Assembly (NCBI GenBank): GCA_040222015.1
Contig: JAVJWO010000071.1
Location: 1-64,000 of the forward strand
Length of the DNA stretch: 64,000 nucleotides
Direction: 5' to 3'
Origin: Coleofasciculus chthonoplastes F2-STO-03
GTDB taxonomy: Bacteria > Cyanobacteriota > Cyanobacteriia > Cyanobacteriales > Coleofasciculaceae
Part shown: positions 41,724-51,602 of the stretch, piece after piece
Layout of the letters: each line of letters opens with the position of its first letter
Position numbering within the stretch: the stretch's first letter is position 1
Notes under the pieces: model-generated
What the model was told of the DNA's origin: nothing
The model's database searches: none
The model's input: only the letters and a program-made list of their open reading frames with translations
Translations under genes and position numbers: made by a program

Positions 41724-42620
41724 ATGACAAATGACGTAATTGGTATTGACTTAGGTGGAACCGCGATCAAGCTGGGACGCTTCCAGAAAGATGGCACTTG
41801 CGTCCAATCCTTAACCGTGGCGACGCCACAACCCTCAACCCCAAAAGCTGTAGTTGAAGTAATGGCAGACGCGATCGCACAACTTGATACCAACCATAGG
41901 GTGATTGCCATTGGTGTGGGAACTCCCGGACCTGCGGATGCAACTGGACGGATTGCTAGAGTGGCGATTAATCTCAATAATTGGCATGATATTCCCTTAG
42001 CCGATTGGTTAGAAGCTAAAACAGGTTGTCCGACGATTATCGCCAATGATGCCAATTGCGCGGGTTTAGGCGAAGCTTGGTTAGGTGCAGGATGTCAGTT
42101 TCGCCATCTGATTATGCTGACGTTGGGTACTGGCGTCGGCGGCGCAATTATTCTAGATGGAAAACTCTTTGTCGGTTATCAGGGCGCAGCCGGGGAGTTA
42201 GGGTTAATCACCTTAAATCCAGAAGGTCCCCCTTGTAATAGTGGCAATCAAGGGTCTCTGGAACAATATCTGTCCATTGGGGCAATTCGCCGCCGTACCG
42301 GAAAAGAACCGGCTGAACTGGGGATTTTGGCAAACCAAGGCAATCCAAAGGCGTTAGCATTCTGGAACCATTACGGACTGGATTTAGGCGCAGGATTAGC
42401 GAGTTTGATTTATGTTCTTACTCCAGAGGCGATTATTATTGGCGGTGGAGTTAGTGCAAGTGCCAAATTTTTCTTCCCGGCGGCGTGGGCAGAAATTGAA
42501 CGTCGAGTGTTACCAAGTTCTCGTACAGGTTTACAGTTACTTCCCGCTAAGCTAGGTAATCAGGCGGGAATGGTTGGGGCTGCCAAATTAGCACTGCAAA
42601 TGAGAAATGATGAATTATGA
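41724..42620 (+). CDS. ROK family sugar kinase
   Basis: GIDLGGT, NDANCA..GE, TLGTGVGG, GELG, C.SGN.G.LE. Confidence 0.92.
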   Translation: MTNDVIGIDLGGTAIKLGRFQKDGTCVQSLTVATPQPSTPKAVVEVMADAIAQLDTNHRVIAIGVGTPGPADATGRIARVAINLNNWHDIPLADWLEAKTGCPTIIANDANCAGLGEAWLGAGCQFRHLIMLTLGTGVGGAIILDGKLFVGYQGAAGELGLITLNPEGPPCNSGNQGSLEQYLSIGAIRRRTGKEPAELGILANQGNPKALAFWNHYGLDLGAGLASLIYVLTPEAIIIGGGVSASAKFFFPAAWAEIERRVLPSSRTGLQLLPAKLGNQAGMVGAAKLALQMRNDEL

Positions 42621-42622
42621 GT

Positions 42623-42664
42623 TGTCATTTGTCATTTGTCATTTGTCATTTGTCATTTGTCATT
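42623..42664. repeat. Heptamer STRR tandem repeat (TGTCATT)n; inverse copy at ~41695-41734
   Basis: Six tandem units; other STRRs near 36967, 47037, 53274. Confidence 0.9.
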
Positions 42665-42682
42665 TTAAAGTAAACTTGATTA

Positions 42683-42786
42683 TAAGCTGTTCGGCATTTA
42701 AAACTTAATGCCAATAATGGTGAAATCCTTGTATTGCGAGCCAGAAAGCTCGCTACTAATACCCAATTTAAATGCATGACAACTTA
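42683..42786. mobile_element. MITE (TAAGCTGT...ACAGCTTA family); relatives at ~58179-58283 and ~40869-40900
   Basis: Imperfect TIR taagctgttcggcatttaaa / tttaaatgcatgacaactta. Confidence 0.6.
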
Positions 42787-42822
42787 TTCCCAACACAACA
42801 GTAATTTTCATACCCGCTGCAC

Positions 42823-43818
42823 TCAAGTCAAAGCACCACCGCAACTCGAACCACACCCAGCCGTGCAACCGTAACAATAGGAAGCCGTGCGAATTTCGTC
42901 AATCATATCTAAGCGTCCTGCTGCTAATAGCTTACTAACCGTTAACGTTTCCCCAGAGCGAGACTTGGCGGGTATTTCTTCCATCTGATTAAAATCGCAG
43001 TCGTAAACATTTCCCAGATAATCAATCGAGAGTTCGTTACGGCACATCAAATGCTCCACCGTAGTTGGATTAAAATTATCTGCCAAAAAAATCAGGTAAG
43101 GGGTATATAGCTTGGTTCGTTGCAGATAAAACTTGGTTCTGCCAATGGGCAAATTGGTAATCGTGAACAACTGGTTAAACTCAATATCAAAATTCTGCTT
43201 AAGGAACCATTTGTAATCCTGTTCCAACTTCACCTGATTCGGCGTTAAGGAAAAATATTCACTCACAGGTAACGCCGGGTTATAAACCAAATCCAGGATT
43301 AACTGCGGATTTTTTCCATACCCCAATTGATTTAACCGTTGAATTGCCCGAATTGAATCATTGTAAACTCCATTCCCCCGCATTTTATCTACATTATCCT
43401 CTAAATAGCAGGGAAGCGAGGCAACAACTCTCACCTGATGCTGGGCAAAGTATTCCGGCAAATCCTGGTATCCAGGTTCAAAGAAAATTGTCAAATTTGA
43501 CCGCACAATTACCTCCTTTCCCGTTGCCCGCGCTGCTTCAACTAAGGGTTTAAACCCATGATTTATTTCCGGCGCACCCCCGGTTAGATCAACGGTTTGA
43601 AGTTGCGGAAAACGATGAATCAGTTCGATAAGTTGGTCACAGATTTCCGGGGTCAGTTCCTCCGTGCGTTTGGGTCCAGCCTCCACATGACAATGAGTAC
43701 AGGCGAGATTACAGCGTTTCCCCAGATTAATTTGCAGAACCGTAATTTGATTTTTGGTTAAATGTGTCCTCAGTTTTTGACTAAACGGGGTTACGGCAAA
43801 TGTGCCTGTCTGTGTCAT
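42823..43818 (-). CDS. arsS: Radical SAM protein, ArsS / DUF3641 family
   Basis: CNLACTHCHV, DLTGGAPE, YDCDFNQM, C-terminal CYGCTAGCGSSCGGAL. Confidence 0.88.
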   Translation of the reverse strand: MTQTGTFAVTPFSQKLRTHLTKNQITVLQINLGKRCNLACTHCHVEAGPKRTEELTPEICDQLIELIHRFPQLQTVDLTGGAPEINHGFKPLVEAARATGKEVIVRSNLTIFFEPGYQDLPEYFAQHQVRVVASLPCYLEDNVDKMRGNGVYNDSIRAIQRLNQLGYGKNPQLILDLVYNPALPVSEYFSLTPNQVKLEQDYKWFLKQNFDIEFNQLFTITNLPIGRTKFYLQRTKLYTPYLIFLADNFNPTTVEHLMCRNELSIDYLGNVYDCDFNQMEEIPAKSRSGETLTVSKLLAAGRLDMIDEIRTASYCYGCTAGCGSSCGGALT

Positions 43819-44020
43819 GGGTTGCTTTCCTGTAAAACTGTCTTGACGTCAGCATCTAACTAGCCAAATCCATCTCGGCTAGCTGAGTCTATAATAAATC
43901 ATTTAGTCTGACCTAGCTTAATTCAACATGAGTTGAATGAGTCACCATTGTAGAGACGTTGTGGGATTTTTAATTCTACTATCATGTCCGGTTGAATATT
44001 GCTCAGATCAGCCCTAAGGA

Positions 44021-44350
44021 TTAGATCGGTTTTAACTGGAGTCGATACCGATATAAGGCGACGGGTTTATCCAACGCCTTAAAATAATCAGGATCTTGAG
44101 GGGAAAGGTAAATCGCGGTGATTTGCCATGCTTGAATTCCGGAATCGGGTGATGGTAAGTGATGATAAGCGGTTGTGGTTTCCACCTGATTAAAATAGGG
44201 TTGGTTGGTACTGCGAAAGTATTGGTTGGTTACTTCTGTAGCAATAAAGCGATCGCGGCTAGGGGTTTCTGTGTTTCGACCTGTAACAATAGAGATAAGT
44301 TGGCGTCCCGATCGCAATTCGGTGATCTGCCGATTCACAGACGCCGGATC
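44021..44350 (-). pseudogene. 3' fragment of a conserved cyanobacterial gene (DUF6816-like), truncated by an IS remnant
   Basis: NRQIT.L, Y.NQVETTTAY, Q.TAIYLSPQDPDYF, PVALYRYRL; the 5' part is replaced by TnpB-tail sequence. Confidence 0.6.
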
Positions 44351-44457
44351 AAGGACTTGCAGCCGTGGGACACACGGTCAAGATGCTTTCTGAGGGTAAA
44401 TTCATTGGAATCCCTACGATGAAAGAATCACCGTCCTTATAGGGCGGTGAGTGTCAA
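44350..44457 (+). mobile_element. IS200/IS605 right-end remnant (TnpB C-terminal tail / omegaRNA region)
   Basis: Encodes GLAAVGHTVKMLSEG...KESPSL; hairpin tcaccgtcct-tat-agggcggtga; terminal TCAA. Confidence 0.75.
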
Positions 44458-44524
44458 CTTTGCTCGGTAGCGGTTAACAACAGAGAGCGCGATCGCACTC
44501 ATCTTCTTCCCAATCATGCCAATT

Positions 44525-44561
44525 TCTAGATTCCTTATTAATCCCTATCAGGGATTGAAAC
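44525..44561. CRISPR. Single orphan CRISPR-like repeat (cyanobacterial I-D-like), possibly followed by one spacer and a degenerate repeat
   Basis: 37-mer ending ATTAATCCCTATCAGGGATTGAAAC with AATCCCT/AGGGATT hairpin; no cas genes in the window. Confidence 0.55.
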
Positions 44562-44675
44562 CTTCAACAAAATTAACTCCTTAAGACGATTGTACAATTT
44601 TCTTTGATTCCTTTTTACCGTAATCAAATAATCATTTTGAGTTTCAATTCGGTGCGCCCCTACGGAAATCACCGT

Positions 44676-45893
44676 TCATTGATCTAAAACCTCTAGTACC
44701 GCCTTGGGTGATAACTTATCCTTAAACCAAATAATTTGGGCAGGTACACGTTCAAGCTTAACCCCGGCTTTATCCAAATTAAGTCGCTCAGAAATTGCCA
44801 AAATCAAATTATCACAAGCCGCCCGCCGGACTTGAGAAAATTTCTTTTGCAGATAGTCGGGACGCCAAAACCCAACAATTTCCAATAACATATCTCGCCC
44901 ATCGGGATGCACCAGACGAAAATCGGGAATCATCACACTCCCCGGAATCGGAACCAAATCTACTTCTCGCTCCAGAATCCACTCCGTTTTCAGCGAGTCC
45001 CAACGGTTGGCAAAGGATGCCTCAATCATACTATCGTAAGGCTTACCCGGGGGATAATGAGTGACCAACCCACATTTATCATTGAGACTGAACCGTCCGG
45101 ATTTCCACGTTCCCGTGTAGGGATCACGCATTTGTAACGTGGCTTTGAGACTCCAACGGGTAACATGGAGTAGCGCCGGAATCAGTTTCGCGATCGCGAG
45201 TCCATAGCGGGTACTGGTTTTAAATAAACTGGCAGGTCCATCTATAGTAATCGTAAACCCGTGATCGGCATCGCCTTCGATATACGTCATTAAGCCAAAT
45301 AACTTTAAATAACGAAACAGTAACTTATACTCTCCCGGTACATTCCGATGAGCATTGAGAATCATCTCAGAGGCTTTGTAGAAAATACCCTGGACTTGAG
45401 ATAAGTTGTAACGGTGCAGCAAGGCTTCTGGGGCGGGATCATCAAACTGGGTCAAAATCCGATTTTCCGGCAAATCCGCATAAAGCCCCGTCCGAATTTG
45501 CGACGGTAGCACCTCTTGGTGTAATTCTTGAGTAAGCGTACTACTCAAAGTTTCCAGAGTCGCTTCTGTAGCGGCGCGACAGGGGAGGGATTGAGCAGAT
45601 AGGGTAAAAACCCGTTGTCGCAGTTCTTTCGGTTCCAAGGGGCTGACGATTTCAAAGGTACTGAAATTATTTTTGAGCAGATGCGCTAGTCCCCGTTTGA
45701 GGCGATAATCAGGACTATCCCCTTCTAATTCAGAAAGCTGGCGATTGAGTTGACCTTGGGTGTGACCCACCGCCTCCCGGAAACAGGTGATTAAATCCGT
45801 GGCGATATCACAGGTTCGTTGGTTAATCGACAACCGCTTGGGGATGATCTCTTCCCCATTTTGTCGATAAATTAGCAGGGGTGTGGGTAACAT
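44676..45893 (-). CDS. DUF790 (Bax1-like) nuclease
   Basis: LYADL, RYNLSQVQG, IDGPASLF..STRYG, YDS.IE..FA, IPDF, EIVGFWRPDYL.KK. Confidence 0.9.
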   Translation of the reverse strand: MLPTPLLIYRQNGEEIIPKRLSINQRTCDIATDLITCFREAVGHTQGQLNRQLSELEGDSPDYRLKRGLAHLLKNNFSTFEIVSPLEPKELRQRVFTLSAQSLPCRAATEATLETLSSTLTQELHQEVLPSQIRTGLYADLPENRILTQFDDPAPEALLHRYNLSQVQGIFYKASEMILNAHRNVPGEYKLLFRYLKLFGLMTYIEGDADHGFTITIDGPASLFKTSTRYGLAIAKLIPALLHVTRWSLKATLQMRDPYTGTWKSGRFSLNDKCGLVTHYPPGKPYDSMIEASFANRWDSLKTEWILEREVDLVPIPGSVMIPDFRLVHPDGRDMLLEIVGFWRPDYLQKKFSQVRRAACDNLILAISERLNLDKAGVKLERVPAQIIWFKDKLSPKAVLEVLDQ

Positions 45894-45993
45894 GAGTTAT
45901 TTGTCTTATGTCAGTGTTCATTAGTCTTATGTCTTATGTCATTGATTATTAGTCACCCCTTCACTATCCGTTACATAATTTCAAGATTAAACT

Positions 45994-46968
45994 ATGAGTA
46001 CAACATTATCGATGCGGCAGAAACCTGCCCATACTATCTACAGAGTGCTAGAGTGCAGACCTGATAGCTATAGAGATTGGTTAAATCAAGGGCATGGATT
46101 GCGAGATGAAGGACGCTATGAGGATGCCCTGACCAGCTATAATCGGGCTTTAGACTACAAGCCCCATGATTTTTGGGCGCTGTACTGGCGAGCCGATGTT
46201 TTAGATGCATTGGGACAGTACTCGGAAGCATTGAGCAGTTATGACCAAGCTTTAGCCGAAAAGCCCACTGATTATTGGAGTTGGTGTCAACGCGCCAAGG
46301 TACTGCGGGAATTACAACGTTACGAAGACGCGATCGCAAGTTATGATCACGCCCTGGATACTCGACCCGATGACTATTGGGCTTGGTACAATCGGGGACG
46401 GGTCGCTCTAGAAGATTTAGATTGGTACAAGGAAGCGATTACCTCCTTTGAGGAAGCCCTGAAGAGTAGACCAACCGATTACTGGAGTTGGTATCGCTTA
46501 GGTGACGCCCAGCGGCATTTGGTACGGTATGGAGAGGCAATTGCCAGTTATGAAAAAGCCTTAGAAACCCAACCCGATGATTATTGGGCATGGTACCGAC
46601 GGGGAGATTCCCTGCGACGATGGGGATGCTTAGAAGACGCCTTAGCTAGCTATGATCGGGCGTTGGAAATCAAACCCACTGACCCCTGGAGTTGGTATCA
46701 GCGAGGGGAACTACTACGGAAACTGGCTCGATATCCCGAAGCCGTGGCGAGTTATGACCAAGCATTAGCCTCTGATCCAGACGACGAATACGCCTGGTAC
46801 AATAAAGCCTGCTGCTATGCCTTACTGGGAAATCAGGAGGGTGCGATCGCGAGTTTACAAGCCGCGATTCGCCTGAATCCCAGCGAATATCTCACCTTAG
46901 CCCAAACTGACTCAGATTTTGATCATCTACGGGGACATGAGCCGTTTGCCGCGTTGCTCAAGGGGTGA
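45994..46968 (+). CDS. TPR repeat protein
   Basis: 34-aa repeats A..SYD.AL...P.DYWAW. Confidence 0.92.
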   Translation: MSTTLSMRQKPAHTIYRVLECRPDSYRDWLNQGHGLRDEGRYEDALTSYNRALDYKPHDFWALYWRADVLDALGQYSEALSSYDQALAEKPTDYWSWCQRAKVLRELQRYEDAIASYDHALDTRPDDYWAWYNRGRVALEDLDWYKEAITSFEEALKSRPTDYWSWYRLGDAQRHLVRYGEAIASYEKALETQPDDYWAWYRRGDSLRRWGCLEDALASYDRALEIKPTDPWSWYQRGELLRKLARYPEAVASYDQALASDPDDEYAWYNKACCYALLGNQEGAIASLQAAIRLNPSEYLTLAQTDSDFDHLRGHEPFAALLKG

Positions 46969-47824
46969 TGGGATGATGGGGTGATGGAGCAATTTAAAAC
47001 TCAACCGATAAATCGAAAAGTTATCGTTATGGGATTGGTCATGGTTCATGGTTCATAGTTCATGGTTCATTGGTCATTTAGGAGCGATCCGCAGCGCATC
47101 AATGTCCATTTAGGGGCGACCCGCTTGCATTAATTCTCAACGGTAGTCCACTCAATCCGATCGGGTCGCCCTGTGTCCGAAGGTGCAAGCGATCGCGTAA
47201 ACTATCATGGTTCATGATTGATGTTTCATTGGTCATCCTCTCCCCCCAGCCTAGTCTCAAGGGGCGGGTAAGACAGATAAAAAGGAGACAGGGTGTAGGG
47301 TGTGGGGTATGGGGTTATGGGGTATGGGTAAATTCACTCCTGTTAACAATCTCTTGGACAGACTTGGGGAGCATCAAGAGCCTCATTTTTTTTATCCCGA
47401 AGATCGCATCTACCCTCCTACTCCATCTCCCTTGCCGGATTGCCTGTTCGGTCATGTTTTGTGATAATCTAGTGAAGTCTAGTCCTTCTATGTGCCCCAG
47501 CGCTCTCTCACGCTAGGGTTTCCTCAACTGTTGAAGGCAGTCGCGTCTCTACATGCTTCCCCTAAAGGGGTGGGTTTAGTGTAGTTATCGGTTTTTTCCC
47601 AAACATTATCGCTAAAGCCTGCCCCTGAAGATAATAATGACCTTAGAAATAACCTTAGAAATGACCTTAGAAATGTAGAGACGTAGCATGCTACGTCTCT
47701 ACACGATTATTGGTTTGCTTCAGTTGACACCAATGACAGCTAGGCATCCTTACCCGTTCAGGTTCTTGTCCGCAACAACCCTACAGTAATCAGTAAAGGT
47801 TGTTACGGGAAGACATCGAAACAG

Positions 47825-49492
47825 TTACTCAAAAACAGGTGCTGCTTCCTTCACTTCACCCGGCGCATTGGGAAACTTCTTGAAGTTTTCCACAAATCGT
47901 TTCGCCAAATCCTTCGCTTGTGTCTCGTAAGCTTGGGGATCACTCCAGGTATTTTGGGGATCAAGAATACTGCTGTCAACGCCGGGAACTGATTTTGGCA
48001 CTAAGATTTTGAAAATGGGATGGTGATAGAATTTCACTTTCTCCAACTCCCCACTTAACGCCGCTGCAACCATGGCGCGACTGTCTTGAATCCGGATACG
48101 TGTGCCAACGCCGTAAGGTCCACCTGTCCATCCTGTATTGACTAAATAGACATTAGCGTCGTATTTGACCAGTCGCTCAAATAACATCTCGCCGTAGACT
48201 GTTGGCGACAGGGGAAGGAACGGTTGACCGAAACAAGCGGAGAATGTGGCTTGGGGTTCCGTAATTCCCCGTTCTGTACCTGCCAGTTTGCTGGTGTAAC
48301 CCGACATGAAGTGGAAAATTGCCTGATTATTAGTCAGCTTGGTAATCGGGGGTAATACACCAAAAGCATCAGCGGTGAGAAAAATAACGGTTCCGGGATG
48401 ACCACCAATACCCGGAATGACACAATTGGGAATATAATCGACCGGATACGCGACTCGTGTGTTTTCAGTGAGGCGACCATCATCATAGTTGGGAATGCGG
48501 GTTTCTGGGTCAAGCATCACGTTTTCCATCATTGACCCGAAGCGAATCGCTGACCAAATTTGGGGTTCATTCGTCCGCGACAGCCGAATGGTTTTGGCGT
48601 AGCAACCTCCCTCAAAGTTAAAGACACCTCGTTCTGACCATCCATGTTCATCATCCCCAATTAGATGGCGGGTAGGATCGGCGGATAAAGTGGTTTTCCC
48701 TGTACCCGAAAGTCCAAAGAATAACGCGGTGTTCCCTTTTTTGTCCATGTTGGCGGAACAATGCATGGGCAGAACATCGCGCTTCGTCATCAGATAATTC
48801 ATGAATGAGAATGCCGACTTTTTGGTTTCACCGGCATAGCGCGAACCGCCGATCAAAACCAGCCGTTTGGCAAAGCTGACGACAATAAAGGCTTCACTAT
48901 GGATACCATTAATTTCTGGGTCTCCCTGTAAACCAGGAATCGCAATAATTGTTAATTCGTGGTTATGAGTGTTCAGTTCCTCTGGAGTGGGGCGGAGGAA
49001 CATTTGATGGGCAAACAAATTTTGCGAGGCGAGTTCGTTAATAACTCGTACACCCAGGCGGTATTGCGGATCAACGCCGACATATCCATCAAAGATAAAC
49101 AGATCTCTGCCTTGCAAATAAGCCAACATCTGTTTATAGAGTAAGTCAAATTTTTCCTGGGAGATGGGAACGTTGACTTTATTCCAGTTCACTTCCTCAT
49201 GCAGCCCTGGCTCATCAACGATGAATTTATCCGCAGGAGAACGTCCGGTGTATTTGCCTGTTTCTACACAAAGAGCGCCATTGGCAGCGAGAACGCCTTC
49301 ATGACGTTTTAGGGATTCTTCAATAAGCTGGGGAACCGGGAGATTGTGATACAGATGACCAAGGTTCCTTAACCCCAGGGATTCTAGACCATAATGCTCA
49401 TCATTCATGTGAGGATTGACTTCAGATAATGTTTGATAGACGTGGTTCAACGTTTTCAGTTCAGATTCCAATTTGTAAGCTTTTTCGTTCAT
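47825..49492 (-). CDS. pckA: Phosphoenolpyruvate carboxykinase (ATP)
   Basis: TGRSP.DK, YAGE.KK, GLSGTGKTTLS, IGDDEHGW, NFEGGCYAK. Confidence 0.97.
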   Translation of the reverse strand: MNEKAYKLESELKTLNHVYQTLSEVNPHMNDEHYGLESLGLRNLGHLYHNLPVPQLIEESLKRHEGVLAANGALCVETGKYTGRSPADKFIVDEPGLHEEVNWNKVNVPISQEKFDLLYKQMLAYLQGRDLFIFDGYVGVDPQYRLGVRVINELASQNLFAHQMFLRPTPEELNTHNHELTIIAIPGLQGDPEINGIHSEAFIVVSFAKRLVLIGGSRYAGETKKSAFSFMNYLMTKRDVLPMHCSANMDKKGNTALFFGLSGTGKTTLSADPTRHLIGDDEHGWSERGVFNFEGGCYAKTIRLSRTNEPQIWSAIRFGSMMENVMLDPETRIPNYDDGRLTENTRVAYPVDYIPNCVIPGIGGHPGTVIFLTADAFGVLPPITKLTNNQAIFHFMSGYTSKLAGTERGITEPQATFSACFGQPFLPLSPTVYGEMLFERLVKYDANVYLVNTGWTGGPYGVGTRIRIQDSRAMVAAALSGELEKVKFYHHPIFKILVPKSVPGVDSSILDPQNTWSDPQAYETQAKDLAKRFVENFKKFPNAPGEVKEAAPVFE

Positions 49493-50002
49493 ATCAGCAC
49501 CTTCTACACTCTATCAGCGTGAACTTGCGTTTGCCATAAGAAATATTTCCTAGGTTTATTTGTATCAGAAAAATCGTGTTGTATTTTACTAATTCACAAT
49601 TATTTAAATTAGTTAATATTTTTTATTTATTTTTTGTAAACAAAAATTAGTCTCAGTCTTCTTAGTGCTTAAACTCTAAAATTTGTCAAGCTTAAATCGT
49701 GCAAATATCAACGTTTAATGACAATTCAGCTTGGCTAATTATCGGGAATATATTATGCTAACAAAAAGTATAATACGCTAGGGTCGGAACAAAGTAATGT
49801 TCCTAGGTTAATCATGAGTGATAAATTTTGCTCTCCTGTATAACCCTGGCGCTCATCGTATCATAGAGTAAAATCTATAGTAAATAGTAACAAAAGCTAC
49901 AAAAAAACAATTTATTTTTGGCTCCAATTAAGATTCCGTGAACAGGGGGTTGAAACTGTTCCCTGTTCCCTCCCCTCACCCCAAAACTCCCTACAGCAGA
50001 CC

Positions 50003-50599
50003 CTAATTAGAGACTTCTGCCATTTCAATAACGCGCCCTTCTAAATCCTTGACTAAAAAATTAAACGGTTTTTGAGCGCGAACCTTATACTTGAGGCGTC
50101 GCATTTGTACCCGCATCAACACTTGTTCTAAGCAATCATGATCAAAGCAGACATGGCGGTGTCGATTTTTATTCCCATAGCTGGCACCGGAAATGACATG
50201 GAGTTGGGTATTTTTTTTTAGCTGATACCAAAGTCCCTCGGTTCCTTGTAGTTGAGTCGCACTCGTGGTTCCGGTATTGGTGGATAGATAGAGGGGGTCG
50301 ATCCCAGTTGCACCTAGGGTTTGCTCATAGTTGTAGTAGTAATGTAGGGGAACTTCCGCGGCGGACAATTCCAGCAAGCCTTCGTAAAACTGCCGTGCCA
50401 CCTCCAAATCAGACACCATAATGGTATGTACTTTTGGCGCACTGGTGAGAAACATCCACATCGCCACCGCGTAAGCTGCCAAGAGCATAACCATAATGCC
50501 TTGGGTGGAAAAAAGGCTATCTAATGGCAGAGAGGGTAAAAAAGCACCCAAAGGCAGGAGCGGTAGTCGAAAGGCAATAATATCAACTGATAGAATCAT
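50003..50599 (-). CDS. Glyoxalase/VOC-like conserved cyanobacterial protein
   Basis: HTIMVSDLEVARQFYEGLL, HVCF, VKD.EGRVIE. Confidence 0.75.
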   Translation of the reverse strand: MILSVDIIAFRLPLLPLGAFLPSLPLDSLFSTQGIMVMLLAAYAVAMWMFLTSAPKVHTIMVSDLEVARQFYEGLLELSAAEVPLHYYYNYEQTLGATGIDPLYLSTNTGTTSATQLQGTEGLWYQLKKNTQLHVISGASYGNKNRHRHVCFDHDCLEQVLMRVQMRRLKYKVRAQKPFNFLVKDLEGRVIEMAEVSN

Positions 50600-50888
50600 T
50601 CTGACAAGCTATGTTGAGTTGATTTAAGTTTAATGAATCGGTTGTCCTGTTACAGGTTTATGATGAATACCATCTGATGTCCTACAGATGTTACTAGATG
50701 TTACTAATTTTAGCTAAGCTCAACAAGCTATGCTAATCCTCTGGTACGTATAACTTACACGCTAAGTATGACAGGCGTCAGCAACTCACCGTTAAATCCT
50801 TGACCAAAGGGATAACACCGGCATAAGGGAGGCATCTACTTGAGCGTTAACGCCGCGCATTCGGAATTCTAGCTAGAACGTAAAGACT

Positions 50889-51557
50889 GTGCATATTCCA
50901 CATTTTTCTGAATCCAACCATCCGCTAGTCAAATCCCTGTTTCACTACAGCGATCGCGAATTGGTGACGCTGTTTCAGCGCTATCCGGAACAGGGCAAGT
51001 ATTTCACGGCGATTTTCTGCCGCTATAGTCCGATTGTCTATACCTTAATTCGTCATTCGGCGCGATCGCCTGTGCAAGCTGACTACCTCTTTGCCCTTAC
51101 TTGGCGTCATATTTTCTATGAATTGCGGGGAATGGATTTCATCAAAGAGGCGGCGAGTGAATCCAATACCTTCCAAAGCTGGCTGATTAACATGACAGCC
51201 GTCTGCATCAATCAAGCGGAGTTACCCCCAGTGGAGTCTATTCACTATACCCTGCAAGCCGCACCACCGCCATTATGGTGTTACCTGGAGGCGGCATTAG
51301 AGCAGTTACCTGCGCTCATGCGGTTAATCATCATCATGGCGTTAACCTTTAAGTGGAGTGAAACCCGCATCGCTGCTTATTTACAAGCGGAAGGCGAAGC
51401 GATCGCACCCGCTCAAGTCAGACGTCAACTCCAGCAAGGGTATCAGCTATTAGAGGCAAACTTACCCGATGATATTCGCGAGATTTACTTACAGGAAGCG
51501 CAGGAAGCGGTGGATCATGCCGATGGCAAGTCCGAATCCAAGGCTGTCCCCGTTTAA
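50889..51557 (+). CDS. Sigma-70 (ECF)-like conserved protein
   Basis: SDRELV.LFQ, F.AIFCRY, FQSWL, ALEQLP..R, SETRIA. Confidence 0.7.
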   Translation: MHIPHFSESNHPLVKSLFHYSDRELVTLFQRYPEQGKYFTAIFCRYSPIVYTLIRHSARSPVQADYLFALTWRHIFYELRGMDFIKEAASESNTFQSWLINMTAVCINQAELPPVESIHYTLQAAPPPLWCYLEAALEQLPALMRLIIIMALTFKWSETRIAAYLQAEGEAIAPAQVRRQLQQGYQLLEANLPDDIREIYLQEAQEAVDHADGKSESKAVPV

Positions 51558-51602
51558 ACTAAAGATAGAAATTTTTTATCCCGATCAAAAAATCTCCCGA
51601 TC

